Shown: one piece after another, positions 8,919 through 19,026 of the stretch | Numbering within the stretch: the first letter of the stretch is position 1 | Layout of the letters: each line of letters opens with the position of its first letter | Source: an uncultured virus (IMG/VR IMGVR_UViG_3300032295_003161) | Taxonomy: Duplodnaviria > Heunggongvirae > Uroviricota > Caudoviricetes | Virus record (IMG/VR): IMGVR_UViG_3300032295_003161 | Strand: one strand, 5' to 3' | Length of the DNA: 64,000 nucleotides | Notes under the pieces: model-generated | Told to the model about the DNA's origin: nothing | The model's input: the letters and a program-made list of their open reading frames with translations, nothing else | Database searches by the model: none | Position numbers and translations under genes: made by a program

Positions 8919-10234
8919 TATATTCCACCATCTGTAATAGTCCAATTGTTAGGTGCAAAATCTAAAATATTTTTACCTGCCTGACCTGCTATTGTATATT
9001 TAGCAGTTCCAAAACTAATATTAATATTTGGCTGAACAGATATTGAACTCCAACCATTATAAATTGAATCTAAATTAGTTGCAGAAAATGTTGCAGGTGT
9101 TTTTGTACCCATAAAATCAACAAAATTATTTACATTTCTTATATCCCACCCACCAATATCTTGATTAAATGAAGTTGCATTGTCAAACATTAATTGCATA
9201 TTAGTAACACTATTTACATTCCAATTGCCAATATCTTGATTAAATGATATTGCATTTCCAAACATAAAAGTCATATTAGTAACACTACTTACATCCCAAC
9301 TACTAATATCCCCATTGAACGATGTTGCATTTCCAAACATAAAAGCCATATTAGTAACACTACTTACATCCCAATCGTTAATGTCTTGATTAAATAAAGT
9401 TGCTGTATTGAACATATCTTCCATATTTATAACGTTACTTACATCCCAATTATTTAAGTTATTAATAGTTGTTAAATTAGTACAACTATTAAAACACCTT
9501 TGAAAATTAGTACAACTACCCAAATTAGGAATATCTAAAACTAAAGACAAATCTAAATTACCACAATCTTCAAAATAACCTACACCACTTAAATCATCTT
9601 TAAATTCAAAATCTCCCCAATTTGAAATAGACAATATTTTCAATCTATCTCCAACACCTTCAAAACCAAAACCTTGACAAACACCTTTTATAGTAATAGT
9701 ATATATTCCAATAGATGAATAGGTATGGTTTTTTTCTGGTTGATTATATGCCGTAATAGTATTAGAAGTTCCATCTCCCCAATCTACAACAAAATCGTAA
9801 ACACCATCTGAAAAAAGAGGTAGGTTTATTGACTTGTTGCCACTTGAACCGCCACTAACATTAGCTGTATTCCATATAGAAACAAAAGAAGTTAGTATTT
9901 GTAAATTAGTGTAAACATAAAAACTACTTGAAACATAAATTATATTTCCTTCAAATGAAAATACGCCAATATTCAATGTATTCAAAGCATCTGTTATACC
10001 TTGAATAGTTTGATTATCTGTTGTTGCAGTTACAGTTATTGATGAAGGATTTTGAGTTGTATAATATGAAACACTTACTCCATACACATAAGTAAAATCT
10101 TGACCTGATAAATCAAAAGAATAAAGATTATTTGTGTTGTTGGCACTATTTGGATTCGGAATTACTCCAAATAAAGAAACACTTTGCTCAAGCGAAGTGT
10201 TATTTCTTATTTTTATATTTATATCTGATGTCAT
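8918..10234 (-). CDS. putative spike/adhesin with PKD-like domain and DUF285/BspA-type repeats
   Basis: VDWGDG (PKD-like); tandem ~25 aa [23 protein letters not shown] repeats. Confidence 0.85.
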   Translation of the reverse strand: MTSDINIKIRNNTSLEQSVSLFGVIPNPNSANNTNNLYSFDLSGQDFTYVYGVSVSYYTTQNPSSITVTATTDNQTIQGITDALNTLNIGVFSFEGNIIYVSSSFYVYTNLQILTSFVSIWNTANVSGGSSGNKSINLPLFSDGVYDFVVDWGDGTSNTITAYNQPEKNHTYSSIGIYTITIKGVCQGFGFEGVGDRLKILSISNWGDFEFKDDLSGVGYFEDCGNLDLSLVLDIPNLGSCTNFQRCFNSCTNLTTINNLNNWDVSNVINMEDMFNTATLFNQDINDWDVSSVTNMAFMFGNATSFNGDISSWDVSSVTNMTFMFGNAISFNQDIGNWNVNSVTNMQLMFDNATSFNQDIGGWDIRNVNNFVDFMGTKTPATFSATNLDSIYNGWSSISVQPNINISFGTAKYTIAGQAGKNILDFAPNNWTITDGGI

Positions 10235-10695
10235 ATTTTATTTTTTCTAATTAAGTAAGTAACCAATATTCCAATAGCCACAATAGAACCCCATTTGAAA
10301 ACCTGATTACTTATGAATTTTTTATCAGTTGCAAAATTAACATAATGCTCACAATTAAAATTAATGAAGTCGTATTTATATCCTTTCAAAGCATCGTACA
10401 TTTGATTCAAATCAGCACTACTTAAATTTGTTTTAGTAACCGAAATTATGTCTTTACCTTTTATATGGTTTTCCAATGGCTCACAAATTAAATTACCGCC
10501 ATTTGAATTGATTTTATCAGTTTGATTATGGTAAATGAATAGTTTATCTCCTTGCCTTTCAATAATACCATAGTGATACAATATCGGCAAAACTTCTACT
10601 TTTGATTTTATTAAATCTCCAGTTTGGAGTTTAGATATAGTATGCTCTCTATTTTGAATTTTAATTTGGTTTAAATCGTTTATGTTACAAGACAT
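10231..10695 (-). CDS. LRAT-like / permuted NlpC-P60 (H-box/NC) enzyme with C-terminal TM anchor
   Basis: HYGI...IYH...[12 protein letters not shown]; hydrophobic C-terminus; start probably MSCNIN. Confidence 0.8.
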   Translation of the reverse strand: MSCNINDLNQIKIQNREHTISKLQTGDLIKSKVEVLPILYHYGIIERQGDKLFIYHNQTDKINSNGGNLICEPLENHIKGKDIISVTKTNLSSADLNQMYDALKGYKYDFINFNCEHYVNFATDKKFISNQVFKWGSIVAIGILVTYLIRKNKI

Positions 10696-11128
10696 CTTTA
10701 AAATTATTAAAAAAATCATTATCAAAATAAGAAGTTGCAGAAATATAATCTCTTAATGCAAGTTGATTAACATAAATAGTCATGTAAATAACTTCATTTG
10801 GCAATACCTTCATATCAAAAGTAGTTTGACCATTTAAAATAACATTTTCTTTTGCCAATTTAAAAAAAAGTGAATTTTGGTATTGATATGGGTCTATTGT
10901 AGGTCTTTGATTAAAAGATTTTATATACCCATTTACGTTGTATTGCTCAATTGTAAAACCTTCTAATATTTGAGTATTAGAATTTGCTTTCATATAAACA
11001 CTACTTACACCATAGACAAAACTCCCCATAGAGTTCAATATAGATTCGTAGGAAGTTCCATCTGTACTAATTACAGTTACAACTCCTCCGCTATATGTTG
11101 TTACGGTAGGTATATACGATACTGGCAT
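10685..11128 (-). CDS. capsid-protein paralog (minor capsid/penton candidate)
   Basis: SYESIL, NVNG, PTIDPYQYQ, VLPN motifs match 24063-24767. Confidence 0.65.
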   Translation of the reverse strand: MPVSYIPTVTTYSGGVVTVISTDGTSYESILNSMGSFVYGVSSVYMKANSNTQILEGFTIEQYNVNGYIKSFNQRPTIDPYQYQNSLFFKLAKENVILNGQTTFDMKVLPNEVIYMTIYVNQLALRDYISATSYFDNDFFNNFKDVL

Positions 11129-11129
11129 A

Positions 11130-11489
11130 TTATTTATTATCTATTTCTTCTTCAGCAATTACGTTGCCTTTTTTATTCATAGCTCTCAATAAGCTTGTTT
11201 TTTTTGAAATAACCACTTTAATTCCGTTTTCTTTTAGAATCATAGCACTTAATTTATCTAATTCCGCTTTCTTTTCTCCAGAGTTAATTGCTTCACGCAT
11301 AGCTTGAAGTCCAATAACGGCATTTTCTTTTTCTTTTTTTACATCTTCAGTAGCTTCTTTTGGCTCTAAATATTTACCACCGCTACTTGTTGAAGTTGAA
11401 CTTGAATCGCTTTTTTTAGGTTTAAAAATCCATACTAAACCTAAAGCAACTCCCAATGTTATTAATAGCGTTTTTACCTCTTTATTCAT
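11130..11489 (-). CDS. N-anchored membrane protein
   Basis: TM LLITLGVALGLVWIF. Confidence 0.75.
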   Translation of the reverse strand: MNKEVKTLLITLGVALGLVWIFKPKKSDSSSTSTSSGGKYLEPKEATEDVKKEKENAVIGLQAMREAINSGEKKAELDKLSAMILKENGIKVVISKKTSLLRAMNKKGNVIAEEEIDNK

Positions 11490-11848
11490 CGTTTTTTTAA
11501 TTTTAAAATCATTAAAGCATATATGATAACACCAACCCCTAAACCAATGTAAAGATATTTTTTACTGTTGTTATCTTCTTTTTTTAATTCCTCAATTCTA
11601 CCTTTATCGATATATTGAAAAACTATGTTTTGTCTTTCTAATTCAGTTTGAACTTGCTGAACTTTAGCCAACAATTCTTTTTGCTTTTTCTCATCTAATT
11701 TAGAAATTTCTTGCTCAAATCTTTTTTGGTCTTTTTTCATTGAAGAAGCAAAAGCATATTGAACAATAGTAGTAGCTACTAATGTAATAATTGCAGAATA
11801 ACCACCTAAACCACCGCCCCCAGAACTTCCACTTGCACTTGCACTCAT
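11486..11848 (-). CDS. membrane protein with coiled coil and C-terminal TM
   Basis: YLYIGLGVGVIIYALMILKLKKR. Confidence 0.75.
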   Translation of the reverse strand: MSASASGSSGGGGLGGYSAIITLVATTIVQYAFASSMKKDQKRFEQEISKLDEKKQKELLAKVQQVQTELERQNIVFQYIDKGRIEELKKEDNNSKKYLYIGLGVGVIIYALMILKLKKR

Positions 11849-12195
11849 TATTTTTGTTTTTTATAACTTCCACCTATTAAAGCCACTCCATAAATCAACG
11901 AAATACCTAATCCACTACCTGCTACATAAATCCAAGTGTCTTTTAGTCTTTGAGTTCCTTCTTTTTGAAGTGCAACTTTATAACCTAACAAAGAATTTGC
12001 AAGTATTTTTGTTCTTTCTGTTTCTCCAAGTAACTTTAATTCTTCATATTTCAATTTTTCTTGAGATGTCAAATTAGCCAAAAACATTGCTTTTTGCAAT
12101 TCTCTTTGTTTTTTAGCTTCTTTTTTAGCTTGAGCTCCTCCTATAACGCTTGTTACTAATGAAACACCTATTCCTGCTACTGTTACATAACTCAT
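11848..12195 (-). CDS. membrane protein with coiled coil and C-terminal TM
   Basis: Hydrophobic termini, central coiled coil. Confidence 0.75.
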   Translation of the reverse strand: MSYVTVAGIGVSLVTSVIGGAQAKKEAKKQRELQKAMFLANLTSQEKLKYEELKLLGETERTKILANSLLGYKVALQKEGTQRLKDTWIYVAGSGLGISLIYGVALIGGSYKKQK

Positions 12196-12201
12196 ATCGT
12201 G

Positions 12202-12684
12202 TTATTTTAATTGTTTATATTTATCATATTCTTCAAATGAAGAAACTACAAATTTTTCTTCTAATTTATCTATATCTTCTTCCCCATCTGGATTAGGATG
12301 TACATTTACAAAAACAGAATCTTCAACTGCAACTACAACTCTTTTTGTTCCTGCTGGAGATTTTCCATAACAAGGTGCAACCATTTCTTGAACTCCGTTT
12401 TCGGTACACAACATTAATTTACCTTTTAATAAAAAAAATGCGTGGTCGTGTTTGTGAATTTTACCAATAGCAAAAACGCCTTGTTTTAAAAATATTTCTC
12501 TTACATAAATTCCATCGCAAAAAGTGTGAGTTAATGGCAAAACATCTGAATTACCAATAATAACATCTGGAGAACCACTATTAATTAGTAGTCTTTCAAG
12601 ATTTTCAACTTGTTGATTAAAATTTGAACCATCTTCATTAAAAAAAACATCACTTTCTTTGGTTGCTATTTCTTGGTTTGTCAT
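12202..12684 (-). CDS. cupin-fold phage protein
   Basis: HTFCDGIYVREI...GKIHKHDH...PAGTKR...FVNVH. Confidence 0.75.
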   Translation of the reverse strand: MTNQEIATKESDVFFNEDGSNFNQQVENLERLLINSGSPDVIIGNSDVLPLTHTFCDGIYVREIFLKQGVFAIGKIHKHDHAFFLLKGKLMLCTENGVQEMVAPCYGKSPAGTKRVVVAVEDSVFVNVHPNPDGEEDIDKLEEKFVVSSFEEYDKYKQLK

Positions 12685-12688
12685 ATTA

Positions 12689-13285
12689 TTATATTTTATT
12701 TACTGTTAATATTACAGATGGTATTGCAGGGTAAGGTATAATTAAATTTTCTGGCTCTGCAACCATTTTAATATTTGTTGTTGGTGTGTTCCAAATTATT
12801 TCAATATTTTCGTTTGAATTTATATGCGAAATAAAATTCCAAGAAGCTACTAAATGAGATTGATTTGTATTGCCAGTCATTGTAACTCTCGTATTTGAAT
12901 TAGGTATGTCAATTCCATTTTTTCTAAACCAAATTTCTACTCCAACTACTCCATTTCCTGCAACTCTATCCAATTGTGCTGAAAATTGAATATTGTAATA
13001 TCCATTATTTTCAACAACTATTTTAGTATCATCTTCTATGCTTACTCCATTAGAAACATCAGTTGTGTTAAAATTCATTGGCGTTGGTGTGTTATTCCCT
13101 AAAGCCGTTTGAGTAGTTGTATCATAAAAACTACCAAACTTTGTTAAATAATTTGAAATAGGCTCTACGTTACCCCTAACATCCTTTATTTTCATCACAT
13201 CATCATTACCATCAACAAAAAGAGCCAAACTATTACCGTTTGGAGAAGTTATATTGTTAGCTTTAGAAGTTGTTACATTTCCCAT
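12689..13285 (-). CDS. putative spike protein with C1q/BclA-like beta-sandwich
   Basis: FGSFYDTTTQ...GYYNIQFSAQL...IWFRKNGIDIPNS...PSVILTV. Confidence 0.7.
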   Translation of the reverse strand: MGNVTTSKANNITSPNGNSLALFVDGNDDVMKIKDVRGNVEPISNYLTKFGSFYDTTTQTALGNNTPTPMNFNTTDVSNGVSIEDDTKIVVENNGYYNIQFSAQLDRVAGNGVVGVEIWFRKNGIDIPNSNTRVTMTGNTNQSHLVASWNFISHINSNENIEIIWNTPTTNIKMVAEPENLIIPYPAIPSVILTVNKI

Positions 13286-13294
13286 AATTTTTTT

Positions 13295-13606
13295 TTAAAA
13301 TATTTTTTCCCAATATTTGAGAAGTACGCCATAAATAACTCCAATTACCGTAACTCCACCAATAACTTTAGCTTTATAATTCTTATCTTCTTCGATATAT
13401 TTCCTATGTTCATTAACTTGTTCTACAAGTCCTTTTTGACCATATTCTTTATTGCCAATTACTGTTTGATTAAGTTTTATTAACGAAATTTCCATTTCGT
13501 TTAACTTGCCATTCATTTTTGTCAACATATCCTTTATGAAAGTCATATCGCTTTCTGGAACACTTATTAGATTTTCTTGTGGTTTTCTACCTCTTTGTAA
13601 TCCCAT
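13295..13606 (-). CDS. coiled-coil protein with C-terminal TM
   Basis: KGLVEQV coiled coil; VIGGVTVIGVIYGVLL. Confidence 0.7.
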   Translation of the reverse strand: MGLQRGRKPQENLISVPESDMTFIKDMLTKMNGKLNEMEISLIKLNQTVIGNKEYGQKGLVEQVNEHRKYIEEDKNYKAKVIGGVTVIGVIYGVLLKYWEKIF

Positions 13607-13607
13607 T

Positions 13608-14033
13608 TTATAACCCTAATTTTTCTAAATGCTTTGATAATGGAACTACTTTAAGTTTTTTGAAAGGTTTGTCGTTTGCAATTTGGTAAAAACCTAATCC
13701 TACACCTTGCTTTTTATTTCCATCTTCATATTTGAAGATAAAACAACAAACTTGACTTACATTAATTTCATTTTCTTCAGCACTTTCTATTAAACTTCTT
13801 TTTAAAAACGGACTTGCTAATGCTTCATAGCCAAACATATCCAATTTTTTATCCATAATCTGCAAAAACCTCACTTCTTCTTCATCAACATAGTTTTTAC
13901 ACATTTTGTAGGTAACACTTCCATTTTCATCGTTCAATACTTTAATTTGAACTTGTAAATCCGTTAACCCATAATTTTTAGCATATTTTTCAATGCCTGT
14001 AAACATGATTTTTTTAACAATACCCTCAACCAT
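13608..14033 (-). CDS. hypothetical protein
   Basis: 141 aa ORF; TACTTTTG on - strand at 14060-14067. Confidence 0.75.
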   Translation of the reverse strand: MVEGIVKKIMFTGIEKYAKNYGLTDLQVQIKVLNDENGSVTYKMCKNYVDEEEVRFLQIMDKKLDMFGYEALASPFLKRSLIESAEENEINVSQVCCFIFKYEDGNKKQGVGLGFYQIANDKPFKKLKVVPLSKHLEKLGL

Positions 14034-14067
14034 TTTTTTTATTTTAAAGTTTCTAACTTCAAAAGTA

Positions 14068-14631
14068 CTATTTTATTCCGAAAATAGAGAAAATTTTAGG
14101 GTATTTCTGCTTTAAGTTATCGTATTTATCCCCAAAACCATACTCTGTAATCAAATCACTTGAATAGGTAAATTTTTCCTTATTAAAGTCAATAGTTGAA
14201 TTGATATTCATAAATTTAATTTTCAAATATCCTTCAACCTCAATATTAATTGGTTTCTTTTTTAGAACATCCGATAAGAAACTTGGCAATCCTTCTTTAA
14301 TATCGTTTACGTTTATAATACCAACGCCAATTATGTCAAAAGACTTATTTGGCTCTATTATTATCTTTTTAGTAGAAACTACATCAGCAAACTTTTTACC
14401 ATTGTAAAATAGCCTTAAATCAAATGAATTAATTTCTAATCTAAAATTAGATTTATTTGTAATTTCGATAGTAGCACTTACGTTTACATCATTACCTTTA
14501 ATACCTAAGTATTTGAAGTTTTTGATTTTATAATCATACTTCATTGCTAAATCAACTTGATATTTGAAATATCTATATAATCCAAATCCAGCCAATCCAA
14601 CACCGCCTATTATTAATGCTTTTTTAATCAT
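14068..14631 (-). CDS. N-anchored LEA type 2 (WHy) domain protein
   Basis: TM then IEITNKSNFRLEINSFDLRLFYNGKKFADV. Confidence 0.75.
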   Translation of the reverse strand: MIKKALIIGGVGLAGFGLYRYFKYQVDLAMKYDYKIKNFKYLGIKGNDVNVSATIEITNKSNFRLEINSFDLRLFYNGKKFADVVSTKKIIIEPNKSFDIIGVGIINVNDIKEGLPSFLSDVLKKKPINIEVEGYLKIKFMNINSTIDFNKEKFTYSSDLITEYGFGDKYDNLKQKYPKIFSIFGIK

Positions 14632-14635
14632 ATTC

Positions 14636-15196
14636 TTATTTTTTAAGAATTACATAAACCCCAACCAACAAAACCAACGCTCCTGCACCTATGTAAATAT
14701 ATTGTTCTGTATTACTTCCTTTTAAAAAGTTTTGTTCTGATTTTGCGGACTGTTGTGTTAGTATTTCTGCACTTTCAACTAATCGTTTGTATTCGATATT
14801 ATTTCTACAATCTATTCTTGTAAATAATTGCTCTAATCTTAAAATATAATAAGGCAATAATTTTTCGCTCATTATTTCTCCAAAATAACTTTTTTTGTTT
14901 GGAGTTTCATTTCTGTATTTTTGCGGAGCTTTTTTATTAATATAATCGATAAACAAATCTAATAGTTCTTTTATCGATTCTGGTTGCGTTTCATAACTCA
15001 TTTCATACCCTTTTAGCCTTTGTGCTTTTAGGTATGCCAAATTATCTTTCGCTTCTTTAATATTTCTATCAATTACAATACAATCTTTTTCAAAAGCATT
15101 ATACCGTTTCTCTAAATATTCTTTTAGGAAAACGGTACGCAAATCAGTAGAGCCTATAAGACCTTCTTGTAAGGCAAATAAAACAGATGTTGACAT
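14636..15196 (-). CDS. C-anchored membrane protein
   Basis: YIYIGAGALVLLVGVYVILKK; Cys-pair layout like 17709-18077. Confidence 0.75.
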   Translation of the reverse strand: MSTSVLFALQEGLIGSTDLRTVFLKEYLEKRYNAFEKDCIVIDRNIKEAKDNLAYLKAQRLKGYEMSYETQPESIKELLDLFIDYINKKAPQKYRNETPNKKSYFGEIMSEKLLPYYILRLEQLFTRIDCRNNIEYKRLVESAEILTQQSAKSEQNFLKGSNTEQYIYIGAGALVLLVGVYVILKK

Positions 15197-15199
15197 TGT

Positions 15200-15394
15200 T
15201 TACTTTCTTTTAATTAAAACCTTTAAACCTAATATTAATACAGCACTAACCCCCAAAATAACACCTAATCTAATTAGTTTTTGTTTTTGACTTTCATCGC
15301 TTTTTTCTAACTTGACAAGTTCTGTTTCTTGACCGCTTAAAAAATCATCTATTCTTTTATATGCGGTAGGGTCGTATATTAAACCTTGTTGCAT
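15200..15394 (-). CDS. small C-anchored membrane protein
   Basis: LGVILGVSAVLILGLKVLIKRK. Confidence 0.7.
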   Translation of the reverse strand: MQQGLIYDPTAYKRIDDFLSGQETELVKLEKSDESQKQKLIRLGVILGVSAVLILGLKVLIKRK

Positions 15395-15395
15395 A

Positions 15396-16016
15396 TTATT
15401 TTTTTCTAAAAATTAAATAACCACCTACAACTGCTACTGCAATTATCCAATAAGGAAATGGTTTTTTATTTGGAGTTAAAACATCTTCTTCAGTAGCACC
15501 GCCACCGCCACCTGCTCCACCACCAGTCAAACTACTTAAAAAACCACCCAAATTAGGCAGAATTACGTTAGTTGTTGTAGTTCCTGTTGAAGTTCCGCTT
15601 GTATTTCCGCTTGTTGGAGTAACTATTTCTGGCTCAACAACATTACTTGTACCTTTAGTTGGAGTTGACATACAATCAGTCATAAAGCGTTTTTTTGCTT
15701 CTTCCATTGCTTGAGTACTTTCAAATTTAGTAACAGCTAACACTTGCTCCCATTTTTTTAAACATTCTGGATATAAACCGCCTTGAATAGTAGTATCTGT
15801 TGTTTTTGGAGTTTTTGTATCAATTATTTCTGGTTCAACTATTGCACTTGTTCCAGTTGGCGTTTTATCAGGGTCAATCCCTAATGGCGGAGGACTACTA
15901 ACTGATTTTGGGTCTGTATATACACCACCTGCATCATCTGGATTCATTGTAAAAACATTTGAACCTGTTGTAGTTGTATTTTGTAGCATATCTGCTGTCA
16001 TTCCTTTTGGTATCAT
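15396..16016 (-). CDS. Thr/Pro/Gly-rich C-anchored membrane protein
   Basis: WIIAVAVVGGYLIFRKK; ECxKKW...FMxxC module shared with 31542-31862. Confidence 0.75.
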   Translation of the reverse strand: MIPKGMTADMLQNTTTTGSNVFTMNPDDAGGVYTDPKSVSSPPPLGIDPDKTPTGTSAIVEPEIIDTKTPKTTDTTIQGGLYPECLKKWEQVLAVTKFESTQAMEEAKKRFMTDCMSTPTKGTSNVVEPEIVTPTSGNTSGTSTGTTTTNVILPNLGGFLSSLTGGGAGGGGGATEEDVLTPNKKPFPYWIIAVAVVGGYLIFRKK

Positions 16017-16032
16017 ATCTTTATATTTTAAA

Positions 16033-16572
16033 TTATTTTTCTAATGTAAATCCTGCTGGCTCTACTACTTTTCTAATCTTATCTTTTAAAGCACCATCTC
16101 CAAATTCTAATTCATTGTTTAACCATGTGATTAAATCAACATTTGTACTGCCAATCCATGAATCTGGAAGATACCATTTTTCACTTGGAGTGCCACCGTT
16201 TACAACAGAATATGAGCGTTTTCCAAAAGCATTATAAACCATTTTAAAATCCTCTGGCTTAATTTTTGAAAAAACAGTACTTATTGTGCCTTTATCAGTA
16301 CCCCAAGTATAGTTAAATGCTTCAAAAAGATTTTCTGCATAGTTTTTAGCGGTTTGATTACTTATGGTAGTTTTTTCTGTATCAATATCTTGTTCAACAA
16401 ATTTGCCACCAACAACATTACCACCAGCCACACCGCCTTTAATTCTTTTTACAATTGCAATACCTATTACAACAACTGCAATAGCACCACCAATGTAAAG
16501 TAATGGTTTTTTATTATTTGCAATAAACTCCCCTGTTTTAGAAGTTGCTTCATTTATGTTAAATTTGCTCAT
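16033..16572 (-). CDS. N-anchored protein with annexin-like repeat
   Basis: TM, then AENLFEAFNYTWGTDKGTISTVF resembling annexin GTD repeat; start MSKFN. Confidence 0.55.
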   Translation of the reverse strand: MSKFNINEATSKTGEFIANNKKPLLYIGGAIAVVVIGIAIVKRIKGGVAGGNVVGGKFVEQDIDTEKTTISNQTAKNYAENLFEAFNYTWGTDKGTISTVFSKIKPEDFKMVYNAFGKRSYSVVNGGTPSEKWYLPDSWIGSTNVDLITWLNNELEFGDGALKDKIRKVVEPAGFTLEK

Positions 16573-16577
16573 TTTTA

Positions 16578-16847
16578 TTATTTTATAGCTGTTCCACCTT
16601 GAGTTCTGTAACTTTTGCCATTGTAAACAAAAGTTTCTTTGTTTTCTAAAATAGCGTTTGCCCACGCTTTTAAATAACCATCTTCAAAGTTAGAAATATT
16701 TCTATCTTTGTGTTTTCCGTTTTCAATGATTATGTCAACACTTTCTTCTTTGGTTAATACCTTTACTTTTTTAAACTCTTTGTAAGCTAAATAACCACCA
16801 ACTCCTAATATTGCTAATGCAACCCAAATATATACTTTTTTATTCAT
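16578..16847 (-). CDS. N-anchored membrane protein
   Basis: VYIWVALAILGVGGYLAY. Confidence 0.75.
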   Translation of the reverse strand: MNKKVYIWVALAILGVGGYLAYKEFKKVKVLTKEESVDIIIENGKHKDRNISNFEDGYLKAWANAILENKETFVYNGKSYRTQGGTAIK

Positions 16848-16858
16848 TTTTTATAATT

Positions 16859-17329
16859 TTAAAGTTTAACTAAAACTCCATTTGCTGTTCCTTTGTATTC
16901 ATAACCCAATTTTAGCAAGTCATCTTTTAATTTTGAAATCATTATTGGATAAGGATTTAATAATTTAGTGGAAACAGGATTAAAAGTAGAAGGCTGAAAC
17001 ATACTAACTCCTGATTGCTGAAAAGCACTTTTTTTATAATAATCTTTTATCTTAACCACAATATCATTTGCTTTATCTAAATCTTCTTGACCTTGAATTG
17101 TTGGTGCTTTTGTTGCTGATGTTACTATTCCACCAGTAGATAATGGCGGTATTTCGTTATTAATTGGACTTGCTCCAACTCCTGTTGTCGGTGTTGCACT
17201 TGTAGAACCTGCTCCAGAAGTTCCACCTGACAATAAAGCATCTTGCTTTTTCTTATTTGTAAAATACAAGTAGCCAATAGCACCTAATACTACAACACCA
17301 CCCCCTATAATTAATACTTTTTTATTCAT
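16859..17329 (-). CDS. N-anchored membrane protein (paralog of next gene)
   Basis: First 29 aa identical to 17333-17707. Confidence 0.8.
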   Translation of the reverse strand: MNKKVLIIGGGVVVLGAIGYLYFTNKKKQDALLSGGTSGAGSTSATPTTGVGASPINNEIPPLSTGGIVTSATKAPTIQGQEDLDKANDIVVKIKDYYKKSAFQQSGVSMFQPSTFNPVSTKLLNPYPIMISKLKDDLLKLGYEYKGTANGVLVKL

Positions 17330-17332
17330 TTT

Positions 17333-17707
17333 TTATAATTTAGTTAAAACTCCATTATTTTCATTGTAAACGTAACCTAAATCTTTTAGTTGTCGTATGT
17401 ATTGAGTTTTTATAGCATTACTTATACCAACTCCTTCTGGCATATTCATCATTCTTTTTACAAGTTCTTTTGCTTTGTCTAAATTAATATCTTGTTTAGT
17501 ATATACAACATCAAGTACGGATAAAGGTTTTATTCCGCTATCATTAGCAACGCTTGTAGCACCAGTTTGAGTAGTTGCACTTGGTTGTGTAGCCGAAGCA
17601 CCACCACTTAATATTTCTTCTTGCTTTTTCTTATTTGTAAAATACAAGTAGCCAATAGCACCTAATACTACAACACCACCCCCTATAATTAATACTTTTT
17701 TATTCAT
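17333..17707 (-). CDS. N-anchored membrane protein (paralog of previous gene)
   Basis: MNKKVLIIGGGVVVLGAIGYLYFTNKKKQ; shared LDKA..LGY..NGVL.KL end. Confidence 0.8.
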   Translation of the reverse strand: MNKKVLIIGGGVVVLGAIGYLYFTNKKKQEEILSGGASATQPSATTQTGATSVANDSGIKPLSVLDVVYTKQDINLDKAKELVKRMMNMPEGVGISNAIKTQYIRQLKDLGYVYNENNGVLTKL

Positions 17708-17708
17708 T

Positions 17709-18077
17709 TTATTTTTTATTTGTAATTAATATTATACCAGCTCCAGCCAAAACAATTCCAACTCCTATAAATATGCGTTTATTTCTTTCTGCAATACTTT
17801 GAGTTTCAATTCTTACTTTGTCTATTTCGCCATACTTTTTAGATATTTCTAAAACTTCTTCTATTTTTTTATTACCCAATACCATTTCGCAATTTTTTTT
17901 CGCAAAAAAGTCGTTTAATTCAGTAAGTCTTTTGTCTAAAACAGAAAGTTCCCCACTATTCATCTTTATAGCATAGAAAGATTTTTCATTGATAATTTTA
18001 CCAATAGTTTTTTCCATTTCAAAACAATTATCTGAATATGGATATAGCCTTCTTATTTCATCAATACTTCTTGCCAT
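17709..18077 (-). CDS. C-anchored membrane protein
   Basis: IFIGVGIVLAGAGIILITNKK. Confidence 0.75.
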   Translation of the reverse strand: MARSIDEIRRLYPYSDNCFEMEKTIGKIINEKSFYAIKMNSGELSVLDKRLTELNDFFAKKNCEMVLGNKKIEEVLEISKKYGEIDKVRIETQSIAERNKRIFIGVGIVLAGAGIILITNKK

Positions 18078-18089
18078 TTTATTTACTTG

Positions 18090-18524
18090 TTACTTAACAA
18101 ACATATTATAAAATTCTTGTGATACTTGACCAAAAGAATACCCAGAAGAAAATTGTGCCTTACTTATGTAATCTGAAATTACTTTTTCGTATGGTGTTTC
18201 TTGCATTTTTTTAACTGCTGATTCAGTTTTAGTTCCAAAAGCTCCATCTGGAACTAATTTTGGACTTGCGTACCCTTTGTCGTTTAACCAATTTTGCAAT
18301 AACATTACATTGCTACCTTTAGAGCCAACTTTCAAAGGATATGAAGCTACTGGCAATACTTTATCTACAACTGTTTTAGTTGCTGTATTAACATCTTCTT
18401 TTACGCTTTCTGCATAAGTTAAATCTTGACCTGATTTAGTTTTAGAGTAAAATCTATAAACCAAATAAGAGCCTAAAGCAATTACGCCAAAAGCACCCCA
18501 AAAAAGTTTTTTATTTTTTATCAT
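18090..18524 (-). CDS. N-anchored peptidoglycan-binding domain protein
   Basis: LKVGSKGSNVMLLQNWL...DGAFGTKTESAVKKMQ. Confidence 0.85.
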   Translation of the reverse strand: MIKNKKLFWGAFGVIALGSYLVYRFYSKTKSGQDLTYAESVKEDVNTATKTVVDKVLPVASYPLKVGSKGSNVMLLQNWLNDKGYASPKLVPDGAFGTKTESAVKKMQETPYEKVISDYISKAQFSSGYSFGQVSQEFYNMFVK

Positions 18525-18843
18525 TTTTAAAGTTTTTTAATGTTATTTCCTTAACTCCTTTAGCTTGAAATAAAGCCTTTTCAGTAACAGAACCGAATAT
18601 TCCATCAATTCCATCATTATCTACTCCAGTAGAGCCTAAATCATAGCCTAACTCATCTTTTAAAATGCGTTGTAACTCTATAACTTCTGCTCCTTTTGAG
18701 CCTTTTGCTAAAACCAAATCTTCATTAAGAAGACTTAATTGTTCAGCACTCGGTTTACTTAATCTTTTGTATAACCTATTAGCAAAGTATAAACCCACTA
18801 ATACTCCAACTCCGATTAATATGTTTTTTGTTGTTTTGTTCAT
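18511..18843 (-). CDS. N-anchored peptidoglycan-binding domain protein
   Basis: LAKGSKGAEVIELQRIL...DGIFGSVTEKAL; start MNKTTK. Confidence 0.85.
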   Translation of the reverse strand: MNKTTKNILIGVGVLVGLYFANRLYKRLSKPSAEQLSLLNEDLVLAKGSKGAEVIELQRILKDELGYDLGSTGVDNDGIDGIFGSVTEKALFQAKGVKEITLKNFKNDKK

Positions 18844-18854
18844 GATTTTTAGTA

Positions 18855-19022
18855 TTACATTCCACAAAATTTTTCTACACTATCCCAACTACGACCTTTA
18901 GCTTCACAATCTTTTTCTTCTTTTGACCTCAAATCTTTTGGCTTCTTATTCTTATTCCAAAAGTAAAGTCCTGCAATAGCACCAACTCCTAATAATCCGT
19001 ATAATAATTTTTTGTTTTTCAT
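18855..19022 (-). CDS. small N-anchored membrane protein (55 aa, not in ORF track)
   Basis: MKNKKLLYGLLGVGAIAGLYFWNKNKKPK...; N-terminus resembles 20964-21278. Confidence 0.7.
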   Translation of the reverse strand: MKNKKLLYGLLGVGAIAGLYFWNKNKKPKDLRSKEEKDCEAKGRSWDSVEKFCGM

Positions 19023-19026
19023 AACT

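Noticed and set aside
9120..9480. 75 bp tandem DNA repeats as a non-coding array
   Set aside because: In-frame coding repeats of the DUF285-type domain.
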